A stretch of 64,000 nt of DNA from Chrysiogenia bacterium (GCA_043826505.1 JBDRQC010000004.1:7521-71520); one strand, 5' to 3'. Positions 26,340-37,046 are shown, counted from the stretch's first letter. Numbers and translations: made by a program. The notes: a model not told the origin generated them from the sequence alone.

Positions 26340-27473
26340 TCAAGCCCCAGCCCCCAAACTCCGGTAGAGTTGAGCCAAGGCGTGTGCGGATTCGTCCCAA
26401 GAAAACCGTCCGCAGTTATGACGGCCACGGCGGAGCAACTCCTGGCGTTTGCTGTGATGCAGGGCGGTCATGGCCGCGGACAGGGAGTGCGGATCGTGGG
26501 GATCAAAATAGACGGCCGTATCGGCCGCTACTTCACGAAATACGGCAATATCGGAGCAGAGAACAGGGCAATCGTGAGCCATGGCCTCGAGCAGCGGCAG
26601 GCCGAACCCCTCGTACAGGGACGGGAAGATCAAGGCCCGGGCATGACGATAAAGAGTGCGCAGCTTGTCGTCAGAAACGTCGCCAATAAAGGTGAAGCGG
26701 CTGCCCAGCCCGCGGGCTGCAAGGGATTGGCGGTCAGTTCCGGGATCCTCGCCGCCGACGCACACAAAAAGCGCTTCCTGCGCATCCGGAAGTGAGGCCA
26801 GGCGAGCCAATAAATCGAAATTCTTGTAGCCCCTGCGCTGCCCCACGAACAGGAAATAGTTCCCGGACTTGACCGGCAGCCGGTAGCGGACTGCCAACTG
26901 CGAAAAATCGGCTTCCCTCCCAGGCTGGGCTTGCGTCACGCCAAGCGGGATCACCTTGATCCGTGCTTCGGGTATGGAGGGGTACATTTTCAGGATATCC
27001 TGCTTGCTGACTTCGGAGATGGTCACGACTGCATCAGCATTGATCAGCGCCTGGCGCTTGGTCTTGATACCAAGCCGGGTCCAACGGCTGGGGAATTCAT
27101 CCGCAAACAGCTCCAAGATCATGTCGGGGACGGTCACCACTTTGCGAACTCCGGCCCGGTTGACCGTAGAATAATAGGTGGAATGAAAGATTTGCGTTCC
27201 TTTTCCCAGATATATCCGCTCAAGGATCCGACTGCGGATCTCGGTTCTTTCGAAGATGCGCCGCGGCCAGAAGAAAAAATCACGTTGGCTGTGGGCGAAT
27301 TTCCCCCTCTCGGCCAGAAGTCGTCGCAGCGAAGCATTGTCCGAACGCCAAGGAATCAGTAATTGCAGGTCGACGCCCAGACCGGGAAGCCGGTCCAGGC
27401 ACTCCGCCCACATGCGGGACAAGCCGCCGTGGCGCTGGCGGCCGAAGATCAAGCCGTCAATGAAAACCCTCAT
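26340..27473 (-). CDS. Glycosyltransferase family 4 (GT-B)
   Basis: ATG 27473 overlaps the upstream stop (ATGA). The protein begins MRVFIDGLIFGRQRHGGLSRMW and carries FPSLYEGFGLPLLEAMAHDCPVLCSDIAVFREV. Confidence 0.85.
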   Translation of the reverse strand: MRVFIDGLIFGRQRHGGLSRMWAECLDRLPGLGVDLQLLIPWRSDNASLRRLLAERGKFAHSQRDFFFWPRRIFERTEIRSRILERIYLGKGTQIFHSTYYSTVNRAGVRKVVTVPDMILELFADEFPSRWTRLGIKTKRQALINADAVVTISEVSKQDILKMYPSIPEARIKVIPLGVTQAQPGREADFSQLAVRYRLPVKSGNYFLFVGQRRGYKNFDLLARLASLPDAQEALFVCVGGEDPGTDRQSLAARGLGSRFTFIGDVSDDKLRTLYRHARALIFPSLYEGFGLPLLEAMAHDCPVLCSDIAVFREVAADTAVYFDPHDPHSLSAAMTALHHSKRQELLRRGRHNCGRFSWDESAHALAQLYRSLGAGA

Positions 27474-28312
27474 GTTTCTATTCCCTTCGCAGGTTTTGGC
27501 GGTTGTTTCTCTATCACTGAACCGTTCATCGATTTCAACAGGAGGTGATCGCTCCAGGTCCTGCTTATTCGCTTTCGCTTCCAATGCAAAGAGAGTGCAA
27601 ACAATTTCCGCACGAACCGGTGGGTCAACACCATACGTAAAAACCCCGGCAAGCGCATGTCGGTCATAAGGTGCAGTTCCGGTCCAAGCCGGTAATAGCG
27701 GCAGCCCAGCGTGCTGGCCAGAAAGACAATGGTTCTGGGCTGATAGAAAGAGATGTGCTGCCCGGTTTCAAAGGCATAGTACCACCAGTTCTTTTTGGGG
27801 ATGTCACCAGAAAACGTCAGGGTCGAAAAGATGATGGTTTTACAGGAATAGGTATCAAATAAATCTTTTAAAAATTCGCGGGGATTTTTGATATGCTCAA
27901 GGACCTCGAAGGCGAATATAGCGTTTGCCCTGAATCCATCATCCGGGTCGAAAGCCTTGGCGAACAGATTCTGGCAATATTGATCCATGGAATAGCAATC
28001 GAAACCCATATCCCGCAAAAGCCTCGTTAAAACACCATAGCCGCCGGCAACGTCGAGAAACCTTCCTTTTCCCTTGAACAGGCAGTGAAGTATGGGCTCC
28101 ACCATTTTGCTGTTAGCTATATTCCGTTGCAGAAGCCCCGTGTCGGTCTCGGCTATGGCCTGTCGATAGACTTCAGCAAGCCAGTAAGGTTTCTCTGTTT
28201 TAAGTAACCCGCACGTTTTGCAAAAGAAATATTCCACTTTGTTTTTCTTCAGGATTACTCCCGAAAATGCCTGATTCATCTCATTCCTGCAGACGGGACA
28301 TGTTTCAGTCAT
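27470..28312 (-). CDS. Class I SAM-dependent methyltransferase with N-terminal zinc-ribbon
   Basis: CPVCRNEM...CKTCGLL is followed by motif I RFLDVAGGYGVLTRLL and then IFAFEVLEHIKNP. Confidence 0.8.
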   Translation of the reverse strand: MTETCPVCRNEMNQAFSGVILKKNKVEYFFCKTCGLLKTEKPYWLAEVYRQAIAETDTGLLQRNIANSKMVEPILHCLFKGKGRFLDVAGGYGVLTRLLRDMGFDCYSMDQYCQNLFAKAFDPDDGFRANAIFAFEVLEHIKNPREFLKDLFDTYSCKTIIFSTLTFSGDIPKKNWWYYAFETGQHISFYQPRTIVFLASTLGCRYYRLGPELHLMTDMRLPGFLRMVLTHRFVRKLFALSLHWKRKRISRTWSDHLLLKSMNGSVIEKQPPKPAKGIET

Positions 28313-29535
28313 GCCGGCTCCTCGGGAATCCTGGATTGTTCCTGATGCAAATAATTATATTGGATTTCGGCTATAATTTCTCGCCACCTGTTCCTGAAAG
28401 CCGTTTCGCTGTACTTCTCCTCGCAGACCGCCCGAGTCTTCTCAGAGAGATCGGCAATTCTTTCAGCCGGAAGTTGAGAAACCTGGAGAATCATTTTTTC
28501 AATCTCTTCCAGAGTGCAGTTTTCCAACATGAAACCGAAATCCTCGGTATCGATCCCCGCTTCCCGCGAAACCACTGGGACCAGGCCGGTGGCCATGCAC
28601 TGCAGGATCGCTCCCGACTGTCCCTCGGCCGCGGTCGGTGAAATAACAAAGGCGCATTTTTCAACTATGTCATAAAACTTGCCGCTGAGGACCGGAAGCA
28701 GCCCGACCGGATGGATGTTGACTGTTTCAAAGAGCTCCTTGCGGAAGCATCGACAAAAATCACTTTCTTTTTTGAACGAACTGCAAACAAACAGGTGCAA
28801 TGTCGGATGTTTCGGGAATATTTCCAATAGAAGGTCCAACCCCTTACCGACCTGATGCCAACTGGCAAAGAACAGGAAGTTTGACCTGAGATTGCCAGAA
28901 TCATACACCCGACGGACAAACCGTGTTTCACTGAATCCGTAGTTGTTAAAAGCAATGACAGGTTTGTGGTATTGTTCTTCCCAGGTGGCCAAGGTAGAGC
29001 CATTGCCGAAACCGACGATCATGTCCGCTTGCTCGGCAAACGGCGTGAACTCGGTGTTGCGCTGGCGGATGGATAACCGGCATTTCCGCCGCCGTTCCAG
29101 GTCCGAATAGCGTTTTTGGATATTCCGGTTGTACGCATGGTGGGTTATTCCCGACGCCAGGAACAGGGTAACAGCCCCGGGTTTGGCAAGTTTAAGGGTT
29201 TGGAGGAAATCGATCTGATGAGAGATGATCAGATCATACTTGTGCTTGGAATTCACTTTTTTCGCGCGGTAGTCCGCCACGTCCACACAAAAACCCGATT
29301 CGCCCAACAAAGCCGCCATTTGCCGGCATTGCCTCATATTTTGGTGTCTGAAAAAAAAAGGATCATCTGCTTTTAGGAAAAACGGCCTGACAAGATAGAT
29401 CAAAAGAGCTCTCGGCCCCGAATCATCGGCTGAAGTGCAGTTGACATTAAAAAGAACAGGATATCCTGCTATTTTTTCAAGAATCCCACGGTATTTTCGT
29501 TTGACAAAATGGATCAGTTTGCCGATTTTTCTCAT
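28309..29535 (-). CDS. Glycosyltransferase (GT-B, GT4-like C-terminal domain)
   Basis: The C-terminal segment AFVISPTAAEGQSGAILQCMATGLVPVVSREAGIDTEDFG is the Glycos_transf_1-like motif. ATG 29535 avoids overlap with the upstream gene (stop at 29546). Confidence 0.7.
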   Translation of the reverse strand: MRKIGKLIHFVKRKYRGILEKIAGYPVLFNVNCTSADDSGPRALLIYLVRPFFLKADDPFFFRHQNMRQCRQMAALLGESGFCVDVADYRAKKVNSKHKYDLIISHQIDFLQTLKLAKPGAVTLFLASGITHHAYNRNIQKRYSDLERRRKCRLSIRQRNTEFTPFAEQADMIVGFGNGSTLATWEEQYHKPVIAFNNYGFSETRFVRRVYDSGNLRSNFLFFASWHQVGKGLDLLLEIFPKHPTLHLFVCSSFKKESDFCRCFRKELFETVNIHPVGLLPVLSGKFYDIVEKCAFVISPTAAEGQSGAILQCMATGLVPVVSREAGIDTEDFGFMLENCTLEEIEKMILQVSQLPAERIADLSEKTRAVCEEKYSETAFRNRWREIIAEIQYNYLHQEQSRIPEEPA

Positions 29536-29545
29536 TAATGCGATC

Positions 29546-30376
29546 TCAAGCCAATGGTTTTTTAACCACGCACAGATGCATGTGGTTGTGAAAAAAAGGG
29601 AACCGGGAGAGGCCACGGTTTAAGCAAAGTCCGAGAAATTTGGGGTGGAATTGCCAATCCCGAAAAGAGACCAACCATTGGCCGAACTCGTGATAGATAC
29701 CATCCATGTGAGCAATGGGGACACTTTCAATGACCAAGAAACCCGTTTTTTCAAGCAAGAGCTCGAATTCCTTTTTACCGAAGCGGTATTCGAAGAATTT
29801 TCCATTTTCTTTATAGATATGGAATGGGCGAAATTTTAGATCAGCCGTTTTTTTCCTATTATCCTTTTTAAGCCAGCGGCGAAGCAAACGATTGTTCTTG
29901 AGTTTTTCCTTAAAGTGATAATACCCCACTACGGCTTTCATTTTCCGAATCAGGTTGAACGAGGGAACCGTGATGACGGCATGATGACCGGGCCGTAAAA
30001 CCCGCCAGATATCCTGCAAAGGTGCTTCGGGACCTCCGGGAAAATGTTCGACAACACCTAGTGAGATGACTCCGGCAATGGATCCGTCGGCATAGGGCAA
30101 TGCCGAAGCGTCGCCTGCGAGAACTGCTGCCCCCGGTCTTATTTTCTTAACCAGAGAAACCACTTCAGGGTTGATTTCAATTCCTTCGATTTCAAATCCC
30201 ATTTCGGACAAGAAAACGACATACCTTCCCGTGCCGCAGCCGGCATCAACGATCTTTCCATTTTTCGGCAGGTATTTGACGATAAAGGGAAGTTCGTGTC
30301 CCCGCACGCACGTGCCGAGAAGGGCTTGGAAATCAGCGTCTGTCCAGGAGAAAATGACCGATTCCGGCGAATTCAT
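29546..30376 (-). CDS. Class I SAM-dependent methyltransferase
   Basis: ATG 30376 overlaps the flippase stop (ATGA). Motif I is KIVDAGCGTGRYVVFL, followed by IAGVISLGVVEHF and LRPGHHAVITVP. Confidence 0.85.
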   Translation of the reverse strand: MNSPESVIFSWTDADFQALLGTCVRGHELPFIVKYLPKNGKIVDAGCGTGRYVVFLSEMGFEIEGIEINPEVVSLVKKIRPGAAVLAGDASALPYADGSIAGVISLGVVEHFPGGPEAPLQDIWRVLRPGHHAVITVPSFNLIRKMKAVVGYYHFKEKLKNNRLLRRWLKKDNRKKTADLKFRPFHIYKENGKFFEYRFGKKEFELLLEKTGFLVIESVPIAHMDGIYHEFGQWLVSFRDWQFHPKFLGLCLNRGLSRFPFFHNHMHLCVVKKPLA

Positions 30377-31905
30377 GATCGACAATTGGCATTCCAGCCA
30401 ACCAGTTTGAATGATGCCCGGAAACGCCAGGCAATAAGAATAAAATATGATCCCAGGAAACAGGCGTACAGGAATGCAAGCCAATCGCGATCGTCAGGGA
30501 ACCAGATGGCCTGCGCAATCAGATATACTATGGTCAGTAGAATTGGCAATATATGAAAACTGAAGACTTTTTTCAAGTAATAAAAAAGCGGGATACCAAC
30601 CAATTTGGAAACCACGCGCGTCATCAGAAAAAGCCCTGGAAGGGAGGTAAGCAGCAAAGCGATCCCCAAGCCGTTCAATCCCTGGAGAGCCGAGAGCGTC
30701 GGAACCAATACCCCATAACTGGCAAGGGTTATCAGGGAGAACAGGCCGACGATCCGGGCATGACCCAATCCCAAGGCAATCAGCAACGGAACGGTTGTGA
30801 GAGATCCGAGCAGCGACATGAAGGCCAACAGGATAAGCATGGTCGACGCCTGCACAGCAAAGGCTTTTCCCATCCAGACAGTCAGGATCGGCATGGCGAA
30901 GGCGGCAATGGCCAGGTTGATCGGGATGGAAATCGCAGCCAATAAACTTGAACCCTGGATCAAGAGTCCGTTCAATCTTTCCCGGCTGGAATCGATCGAT
31001 ATCTCGCTGGCAAAAGGGAAAATGACCGCCGTCGCCGTGGTAAGGAGCCCCATGGCACCGTTGATCAGCCGCAGCGGAACGGCGTAGAGCGGCACGATCG
31101 CAGGTCCGAGAAAAAAACTGATCATAAAAACCAGGATATAATTGCAAAAAAAACTGCTGATCCGGGAAATGAAAATGTATCCGCTGAACCTGAACAACTT
31201 CTTAAAATGAACGAGATCAAAGGCAGCGAAAAGGGTAATAGTGGGGATACTTTTTTTCATCAGGATGAAGAATATCAGGCAGTTAACGGGAGCGAAAGCA
31301 GCCGTTACGGCCACGGCCAGTTTGAACCCGCCGCCGGCGAACAGGGCGAAGAAAATGCCGATGTTCATCACCAGATTGGTAACGATTGTTGTCCGGGAGG
31401 TCAGGTCGTAACGCTGCAGCCCCATCAACACCGACATGAAGGTGCCGGAGATCATGGTGAAAAAAAAGGCAACGGCGCACAAATAAAGACCTGTCTGTGC
31501 TGCAGCCATTGAATCCGGTGGGACCTTGAGCAGCAGCAAAAAGCGCCGGGAAAAAACGATCAATAGCGTCATGCCGGCGCCGCCAAGAAGAATCTGCACC
31601 CAAAACGCCGCACTGACCGATCGGTTCAGGGCCTGGATATCCCCCCTGGCTTTCATTTCCGCCACAAACTTGATGACCCCTTGCCCAAGTCCCAGATCGG
31701 CAAATACCGAATAGCCGATAACGTTTATCAGCAGGAAAAAGATACCGAATCCGTTCATGCCCAGTCGTCCAACCAAAAACGGGATCATCAGCAGTTGGAT
31801 GGCGCTATTGATCACCCAACTCGAGGAATTGAAAATACTGTTGCGCAGCAGTCGCTTTTTGGTATTTTCTGTCTTGTTTTGGTCGTATGTCTCGCTCAGT
31901 GTCAT
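30373..31905 (-). CDS. wzx: Wzx-type oligosaccharide flippase (MOP/polysaccharide biosynthesis protein family)
   Basis: There are about 12-14 TM helices. The N-terminus KKRLLRNSIFNSSSWVINSAIQLLMIPFLVGRLGMNGFGIF is typical of the family. The start is uncertain (ATG 31905 or TTG 31965). Confidence 0.8.
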   Translation of the reverse strand: MTLSETYDQNKTENTKKRLLRNSIFNSSSWVINSAIQLLMIPFLVGRLGMNGFGIFFLLINVIGYSVFADLGLGQGVIKFVAEMKARGDIQALNRSVSAAFWVQILLGGAGMTLLIVFSRRFLLLLKVPPDSMAAAQTGLYLCAVAFFFTMISGTFMSVLMGLQRYDLTSRTTIVTNLVMNIGIFFALFAGGGFKLAVAVTAAFAPVNCLIFFILMKKSIPTITLFAAFDLVHFKKLFRFSGYIFISRISSFFCNYILVFMISFFLGPAIVPLYAVPLRLINGAMGLLTTATAVIFPFASEISIDSSRERLNGLLIQGSSLLAAISIPINLAIAAFAMPILTVWMGKAFAVQASTMLILLAFMSLLGSLTTVPLLIALGLGHARIVGLFSLITLASYGVLVPTLSALQGLNGLGIALLLTSLPGLFLMTRVVSKLVGIPLFYYLKKVFSFHILPILLTIVYLIAQAIWFPDDRDWLAFLYACFLGSYFILIAWRFRASFKLVGWNANCRS

Positions 31906-32067
31906 TTTATAGGGAGGACAGTCCTTGTTTCCCGTTCCACCGGTGATCTTGATCCATTTATCCAAAAGGTAATCATGCTGGTATCAATTGCGAGTGCCGG
32001 ACTTCCAACCATGGCACAAATATCTTCGCTTCCAATTCAGCGTCCCTGACCATTCTATTACAGGCAT

Positions 32068-32979
32068 CTAAAATTTCTCCATACGCTCGGTCACGACATT
32101 GAACACCGGCATACCGCGGATGGCGTCAGCGCGCTTTTCTCCGGCCAGGTAGTTCATCCGGCCCGCGGCATCGCGGCTGTCCCTGAATTTGCTTAATCGG
32201 AATCCCTTCGCCACCGACACTTCGCGGACTGCATCGTTCAATTTGTCGCGGCGTACGAAATAGGCGTTGTTGCCGGCAACGTTGCAACCAATGAAGGCGT
32301 AGCCCTTTTGCCCGGCCAGGTGGCAGAAGGCAGGGATCGATGCGCCATAGTAGAGGCAGCTGGAATGGGCGCTGGGACGATCAAACTGTTCCTGATAGGG
32401 GATTGTGATCGGCCGCTGACTGCCAAACACGCTGTTATACTCGATGATCACGATGATCGGCTGCACCGCCTTGATCTCTTGCCAGAGCCAGTAATCATTG
32501 CCATCGATATCGATGTGGAGCAGGCCGATTTCACCTTGGAATGTTGACGCGATTGATCCATCCACATTGCTCCGGTCAAGGAAAACAGCGCGGGCCGACA
32601 GATCGTGCTTCCAGAAAATATCGCTGCTTCTGATTTCGCGGATTCTCTTCTCCGATCTGTCCATGATCAGCCCGCTCCAGTTGTCGTTCATCAACAGAAA
32701 CCGCGTATTGGCTTCACGGTAATCGTCGACGCCAAACTCGATGAACGTCTTGTCCGGGATGGGCAGGTGATTCACTAGCCATTGAATTATCCCGTCATCG
32801 CCCCATTGCGAAAAGACCTTGAACTCGACCTCTTCAAGGGCATCGATCCGGTGTTTGGCACGAACCTGTTCAACGAGCGGTTTGGCGACCAGCATCTTCA
32901 TCTCTTCATACAGATCCTGGAAACGACTGAACTGCGAATACAACTCACGCCAACGCCTGAGACGTGACATGATTTTCAT
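32068..32979 (-). CDS. Hypothetical protein, FkbM-like methyltransferase-fold suspected
   Basis: 303-aa soluble protein. FKVFSQWGDDGIIQWL and GLLHIDIDGNDYWLWQEI resemble the FSQxGED and LKIDxEG motifs of FkbM-related proteins. The function is not established. Confidence 0.5.
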   Translation of the reverse strand: MKIMSRLRRWRELYSQFSRFQDLYEEMKMLVAKPLVEQVRAKHRIDALEEVEFKVFSQWGDDGIIQWLVNHLPIPDKTFIEFGVDDYREANTRFLLMNDNWSGLIMDRSEKRIREIRSSDIFWKHDLSARAVFLDRSNVDGSIASTFQGEIGLLHIDIDGNDYWLWQEIKAVQPIIVIIEYNSVFGSQRPITIPYQEQFDRPSAHSSCLYYGASIPAFCHLAGQKGYAFIGCNVAGNNAYFVRRDKLNDAVREVSVAKGFRLSKFRDSRDAAGRMNYLAGEKRADAIRGMPVFNVVTERMEKF

Positions 32980-33009
32980 GATTCCTCCCGGTCGACTGAA
33001 TTCGCCATT

Positions 33010-33978
<969 letters not shown>

Positions 33979-34185
33979 TCAAATACCGACAAATGTTTTT
34001 TTCCGAAATTCAAACCTTCCCCGGAAAACATTCCCTGCAGATTGTCAATTCCTGTTATTTTTTGAATTTTTCGTTCCATAATGACAGGATACTGCCCTAT
34101 AAAACAAGCTGCCGCCGTTGGCTACCTGCGTAGACTCAACCTTACTTTTAAAAATGAAAAACATCTCTCCATCAATTAAGTAATT

Positions 34186-34214
34186 TTAATAACATAAAGT
34201 CTTTTTTTTGTCAA
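34186..34214 (-). promoter_or_regulatory. Putative sigma70-type promoter for the fcl-to-ligase transcription unit
   Basis: On the minus strand: TTGACA (34214-34209), 17-nt spacer, TATTAA (34191-34186). It lies in an AT-rich 400-nt gap and predicts a leader of roughly 200 nt before fcl ATG 33966. Confidence 0.45.
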
Positions 34215-34286
34215 TTTTTGTTTGTTATTGCCGAATTCCGCCGTTGTGGTTTTCGGCTGAATCGAACCAAATCTGAATATTTAACT

Positions 34287-34349
34287 CTATTTGACCTGGA
34301 GGTTCTTGACGAGCGTGATTAGTTGCACCCCGATTTTGCGTAAGACATT
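34287..34349 (-). pseudogene. Remnant of the 3' end of a LuxR-type HTH gene (paralog of the 13670-16471 regulator)
   Basis: The minus frame reads MSYAKIGVQLITLVKNLQVK*, against NIYQKIGVKNRAQLLTLFKNLQVK* at the end of the 947-aa ORF (13670-16513). 34287-34309 is identical to 13670-13692 (23 nt, including the TAG). It is truncated by the stop of the GT4 gene at 34363. Confidence 0.65.
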
Positions 34350-34362
34350 CCAGAAGGACGGT

Positions 34363-35586
34363 TCAAGATTTCGTATTGGCTTCAATCAGTTCCTGGTAAA
34401 GATGCAGCAGCTTCTCAATATGAACGTCCGGGTGGAAATTCTGTTCGAGATGCAGGCGGGCTTTTCTCGCCAGTTCACGGCCCAGATCTGGATTTTTCAG
34501 CAGGAGCATGATTTTATCATGCAGTTCAGCACTGCTACCGGCGGTGAAAAGCATCCCCGTCTCCCGGTCGATCACCAGCTCGGGGAGGCCGCCGATGCGG
34601 GCTGCCACCACCGGGATCCCCATGGAGAAAGATTCGATGACGGAGAAAGGGTTGTTCTCATACCAGATGGAAGGGATGACGACCATGGTCGCGCGGCGCA
34701 AGATTGGCACCAGCAGGGGAAAAGGCTGGTGTCCCATGAATCGGATCTTGGCATCCGGATTGCGGGCCGCCAGTTCCAGTAGTTTTTCTTTCTGGGGGCC
34801 GTCGCCGACGATCAGGCATTCGGCGGGCACGCCTTTCATGGCTTCGATCAGCAGGTGAATTCCCTTTTCCTCGACCAGGCGGCCGAAACAGAGAACCTGC
34901 GGCGGATCGGCGGTGCCTTGAGGCGGTCCACCTTCGAGAGAGACAGCATTGGGGATATAGAAGCAAGGCTGCGGAAATCCCATTGCCGCCATTTTCGCCA
35001 TCAGGAAACGGCTGGGAGAAACCATGGCATCTATCATTTTGTAGTAGCGGCGGTGGTATGCTACTTCAACTGCACAGAGCATGCTTTTCAAGCGGCTGCC
35101 CTGGACGCATTTTTTCAGCACGCACCAGTAAAAACGGCGTCTGCGGCATTTTTCACAGACCGAGCCCCTGACAAAAAGCTTGTAGGCCGGACAAATCACT
35201 TTGTAATCATGGAGGGTCATTACCACCGGCACGCCTCGTTTTTTCAACGTGGCAATGATGGCCGGGGAAAGATGATGATAGATATTATGCAGGTGGGCGA
35301 TGTCCGGTTTTTCGACCCGCAGCAATTCTTCGAGTCTCAGACGGGACTCACAGCCAAATAGGATGCGTTTGGCTCCCCGGACAAATTCACGCCGGCCGCT
35401 CATCTCCTCGAAATCGACCCGGGAGACAAAATGGGACGATTGCCGCGACTCCCGGTTCTTGGGATGGGCCATGGAAAAAAAGATCACTTCGTGCCCCTGT
35501 CCCCGGAGTAGTTCCGCGGTCTGGAAAAAAGCGGTTTCCGTTCCGCCGAAGCCAAAAAAGAATTTATTGATCAGCAGTATCTTCAT
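34363..35586 (-). CDS. Glycosyltransferase family 4 (GT-B)
   Basis: The protein begins MKILLINKFFFGFGGTETAFFQTAELLRGQGHEVIFF and carries PSIWYENNPFSVIESFSMGIPVVAARIGGLPELV. Confidence 0.85.
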   Translation of the reverse strand: MKILLINKFFFGFGGTETAFFQTAELLRGQGHEVIFFSMAHPKNRESRQSSHFVSRVDFEEMSGRREFVRGAKRILFGCESRLRLEELLRVEKPDIAHLHNIYHHLSPAIIATLKKRGVPVVMTLHDYKVICPAYKLFVRGSVCEKCRRRRFYWCVLKKCVQGSRLKSMLCAVEVAYHRRYYKMIDAMVSPSRFLMAKMAAMGFPQPCFYIPNAVSLEGGPPQGTADPPQVLCFGRLVEEKGIHLLIEAMKGVPAECLIVGDGPQKEKLLELAARNPDAKIRFMGHQPFPLLVPILRRATMVVIPSIWYENNPFSVIESFSMGIPVVAARIGGLPELVIDRETGMLFTAGSSAELHDKIMLLLKNPDLGRELARKARLHLEQNFHPDVHIEKLLHLYQELIEANTKS

Positions 35587-35783
35587 CGCCCGAAAAATTG
35601 AATAGAATTCTCAACGGCGCAGGACGTCATATCCCGGCAACGCGTTCAGGCGAGAGTAAGACAAGCGACATCCGTTCATCACCCATGATAGTTTGATGTA
35701 TTCTATATTATTTACTGTTGTTTTGACAAGTTCAGTATCAGCATCAGCGCAGCGGCCAAGGGTTCTGTCGGCAGGTTCTTTTC

Positions 35784-37046
35784 TCAAAAGAAGCCCGCGA
35801 ATTTTTCTTCAATCGCCGCCGTGGCTTCGGAAACGGCCCTGCGGATCTTTTCCTGCCAAGCGCCCCGATTTTGCAGAACCGTTGCACACAGGGGGAAAAG
35901 CGTCTCTTCCCTTGTTTTCTCAATGGGCAATGAGCAAGCTTCAAGGCCCATGGATCGCAGGACGCCGGCGCTCTTATGCTGATAGCCGATCATCACGGCC
36001 GGAATGCCGGCCATGAAGGCGAGGATTGCCGCGTGCATGCGGCTGGAGATCAGCATGTCGGCCTGTCGCAGCATGTCGATGATCAAGGCGGGAGATACGC
36101 CCACGGGAGTTTCCACAAGGCGCAGGTGGGTGCAGGGAATGCACGCGCCCAGCCGGTCATGGACATAGCCCGATATCAGCCGGTCGTCTTCAGCCAGGCT
36201 CGGCCCCTGCGCCTGACTGTAGATGAAAAACGAGGCACCGTATTCCCGGTGCAGAGACTGGCAGCTGGCGATCACGCCTTGGAGATAGGTTTCCCGTTTC
36301 TGCCGCCTGGCCTGCCTGGTTTTTTGGCCGGGAAAATCCCAGTCTCTCAGAGCCAGGGCCAGGCGCGGTCGGGGCAGATTGGAGAGGTCGATGGTCGGCA
36401 AAAAATGCTCAAGTTCAGATGAAAAATTGAAAGCCATATCCGGGCAGAATTGCAGTTTGTGATCATCAATTCCGGCCGGGAGAATCTCACGGAGAACAGC
36501 AAGCGAGGTTTCCTCGCGCGCGAAAACGACGCGAATCAAGTCGGAGGCGAGCAACCCGGCAAGCAGGCGGCGGCTCAGCGGATTTTCCAGCGGGCCATAG
36601 GATTGCGGGGAAAAAATAATCTTCTTTTTAAAAAAAATGGCCAGGCGAATGTGGAGATAATTCTGCCAGAAGGTAAGGCCAGGCAGGTGCCGGGTCGAAT
36701 AAAAATACCCGCCGCCGCAAGCCATGACAAAATCGCTCTGACGGAGGCGGCACAGAAAGATCCATGCCTGACGGGGGAAAAGCAAAGAAAATACTACTTT
36801 CTCCAAAACCCGCCATTTGCCGCTAAATCCCGTCGGCGCATTGAATATGGGCGCGATGACCTTCACTCCCCGGGCGGCCAATAGGGGCCTGTCCAGTTCG
36901 GGCGTGCGGGAGGTGATGGTCACGTTGGCGGCGGGAAACATTTTTTCAAGCAATTGCAGTTGTCCCAGGACAATGGCCTGATCGCCGGCATTGGCCTGGG
37001 AATGGGCATTGACGATCAGGATGCGGGAAACGCACAGGCTAGTCAT
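35784..37046 (-). CDS. Polysaccharide pyruvyl transferase family protein (CsaB/WcaK-like)
   Basis: ILIVNAHSQANAGDQAIVLGQLQLL is the N-terminal motif. SSRMHAAILAFMAGIPAVMIGYQHKSAGVL is the C-terminal PS_pyruv_trans motif. Confidence 0.8.
   Translation of the reverse strand: MTSLCVSRILIVNAHSQANAGDQAIVLGQLQLLEKMFPAANVTITSRTPELDRPLLAARGVKVIAPIFNAPTGFSGKWRVLEKVVFSLLFPRQAWIFLCRLRQSDFVMACGGGYFYSTRHLPGLTFWQNYLHIRLAIFFKKKIIFSPQSYGPLENPLSRRLLAGLLASDLIRVVFAREETSLAVLREILPAGIDDHKLQFCPDMAFNFSSELEHFLPTIDLSNLPRPRLALALRDWDFPGQKTRQARRQKRETYLQGVIASCQSLHREYGASFFIYSQAQGPSLAEDDRLISGYVHDRLGACIPCTHLRLVETPVGVSPALIIDMLRQADMLISSRMHAAILAFMAGIPAVMIGYQHKSAGVLRSMGLEACSLPIEKTREETLFPLCATVLQNRGAWQEKIRRAVSEATAAIEEKFAGFF

Noticed and set aside
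25017-26795. 592-aa plus-strand ORF, the longest plus ORF in the EPS locus, as a single gene
   Set aside because: Its first and last thirds are mirror images of well-supported minus-strand genes (a class I methyltransferase and a GT4). Only the middle carries real protein signal (the FkbM C-terminal half). It is treated as a chimera plus remnant, not a gene.
34259-34268. tRNA-like T-loop sequence GGTTCGATTC (minus strand) next to the LuxR remnant, as a possible tRNA-fragment att site
   Set aside because: The flanking bases do not form a T-stem (TTTGG versus CAGCC) and no acceptor or CCA context is present, so this is probably a chance match.
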